Shown here: positions 63,816-64,000 of the stretch, in pieces | How positions within the stretch are numbered: position 1 is the first letter of the stretch | Layout: each line of letters opens with the position of its first letter | Origin: Candidatus Flemingiibacterium sp. | Lineage (GTDB): Bacteria > Bacillota > Clostridia > Oscillospirales > CAG-272 | Length of the DNA stretch: 64,000 nucleotides | Direction: 5' to 3' | Assembly: GCA_045578725.1 (NCBI GenBank) | Contig: JAZNKS010000052.1 | Coordinates: 8,640 to 72,639 of the forward strand | The notes under the pieces: model-generated | What the model was told of the DNA's origin: nothing | Database searches by the model: none | The model's input: the letters and a program-made list of their open reading frames with translations, nothing else | Translations under genes and position numbers: made by a program

Positions 63816-64000
63816 ACTCCGTGATATCTTTTACAACAACGGCTCCGGCACCGACGGTGCAGCCGCCGCAGACGGAAATATTGTTCCGGATAACCGCGCC
63901 GATTCCCACATGGGTTTCCTCTCCCACCGCCACGGTGCCTCCGAGGGCGGCGGCCGGGGAAATGTGGACAAAATCGCTGAGCCGGTTATCATGCTCCACG
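63778..64000 (-). CDS. NeuD/PglD-type sugar N-acetyltransferase, 3' part only (gene starts beyond the right edge)
   Basis: ...HISPAAALGGTVAVGEETHVGIGAVIRNNISVCGGCTVGAGAVVVKDITECGVYVGIPARKK* shows hexapeptide repeats. The frame is open to the window end. Confidence 0.75.
   Translation of the reverse strand, partial: VEHDNRLSDFVHISPAAALGGTVAVGEETHVGIGAVIRNNISVCGGCTVGAGAVVVKDITECGVYVGIPARKK

Overview
The window looks like a chromosomal segment of a high-GC, Gram-positive-type (Clostridia-like) genome. That assignment rests on AGGAGG-type RBSs, a SpoVB-like flippase, a CD3324-family gene and a preQ1-I riboswitch upstream of queT. I saw no rRNA, tRNA, CRISPR array, transposase, integrase or phage structural gene. 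Gene content from left to right: (i) housekeeping and regulatory genes (gdhA, AraC, SpoVB-like flippase, a MoxR-DUF58-DUF4129 operon, an M23 peptidase, an LMW-PTP); (ii) sugar-related loci (Gfo/Idh/MocA + DMT permease + LacI; ROK + HAD + DHS-like + two PfkB kinases + class II aldolase; GH38, GH36-like and other glycosidase-like genes; ald); (iii) from about 49.0 kb to the right edge, a minus-strand polysaccharide biosynthesis cluster of mixed composition (GT2/GT4/GT32, LicD, EpsG-type polymerase, Wzm/Wzt ABC exporter, acetyltransferases). The items I rate most worth follow-up are: (1) a self-contained module at 30.03-32.63 kb, made of a consensus promoter, a candidate ~105-nt structured RNA, a long structured leader, a helical+vWA (DUF2828-like, Ro60-type architecture) protein and a PPP phosphatase; (2) a tightly coupled three-gene operon at 15.8-19.1 kb in which a NUDIX hydrolase sits between two large proteins I cannot place; (3) an atypical sugar-phosphate locus with a DHS-like protein and an HTH-PfkB fusion; (4) a nested 26-bp inverted-repeat element beside an AT-rich XRE gene; (5) a composition break inside the Wzt gene. 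All calls come from reading the sequence and the ORF track by eye. No database search was run.
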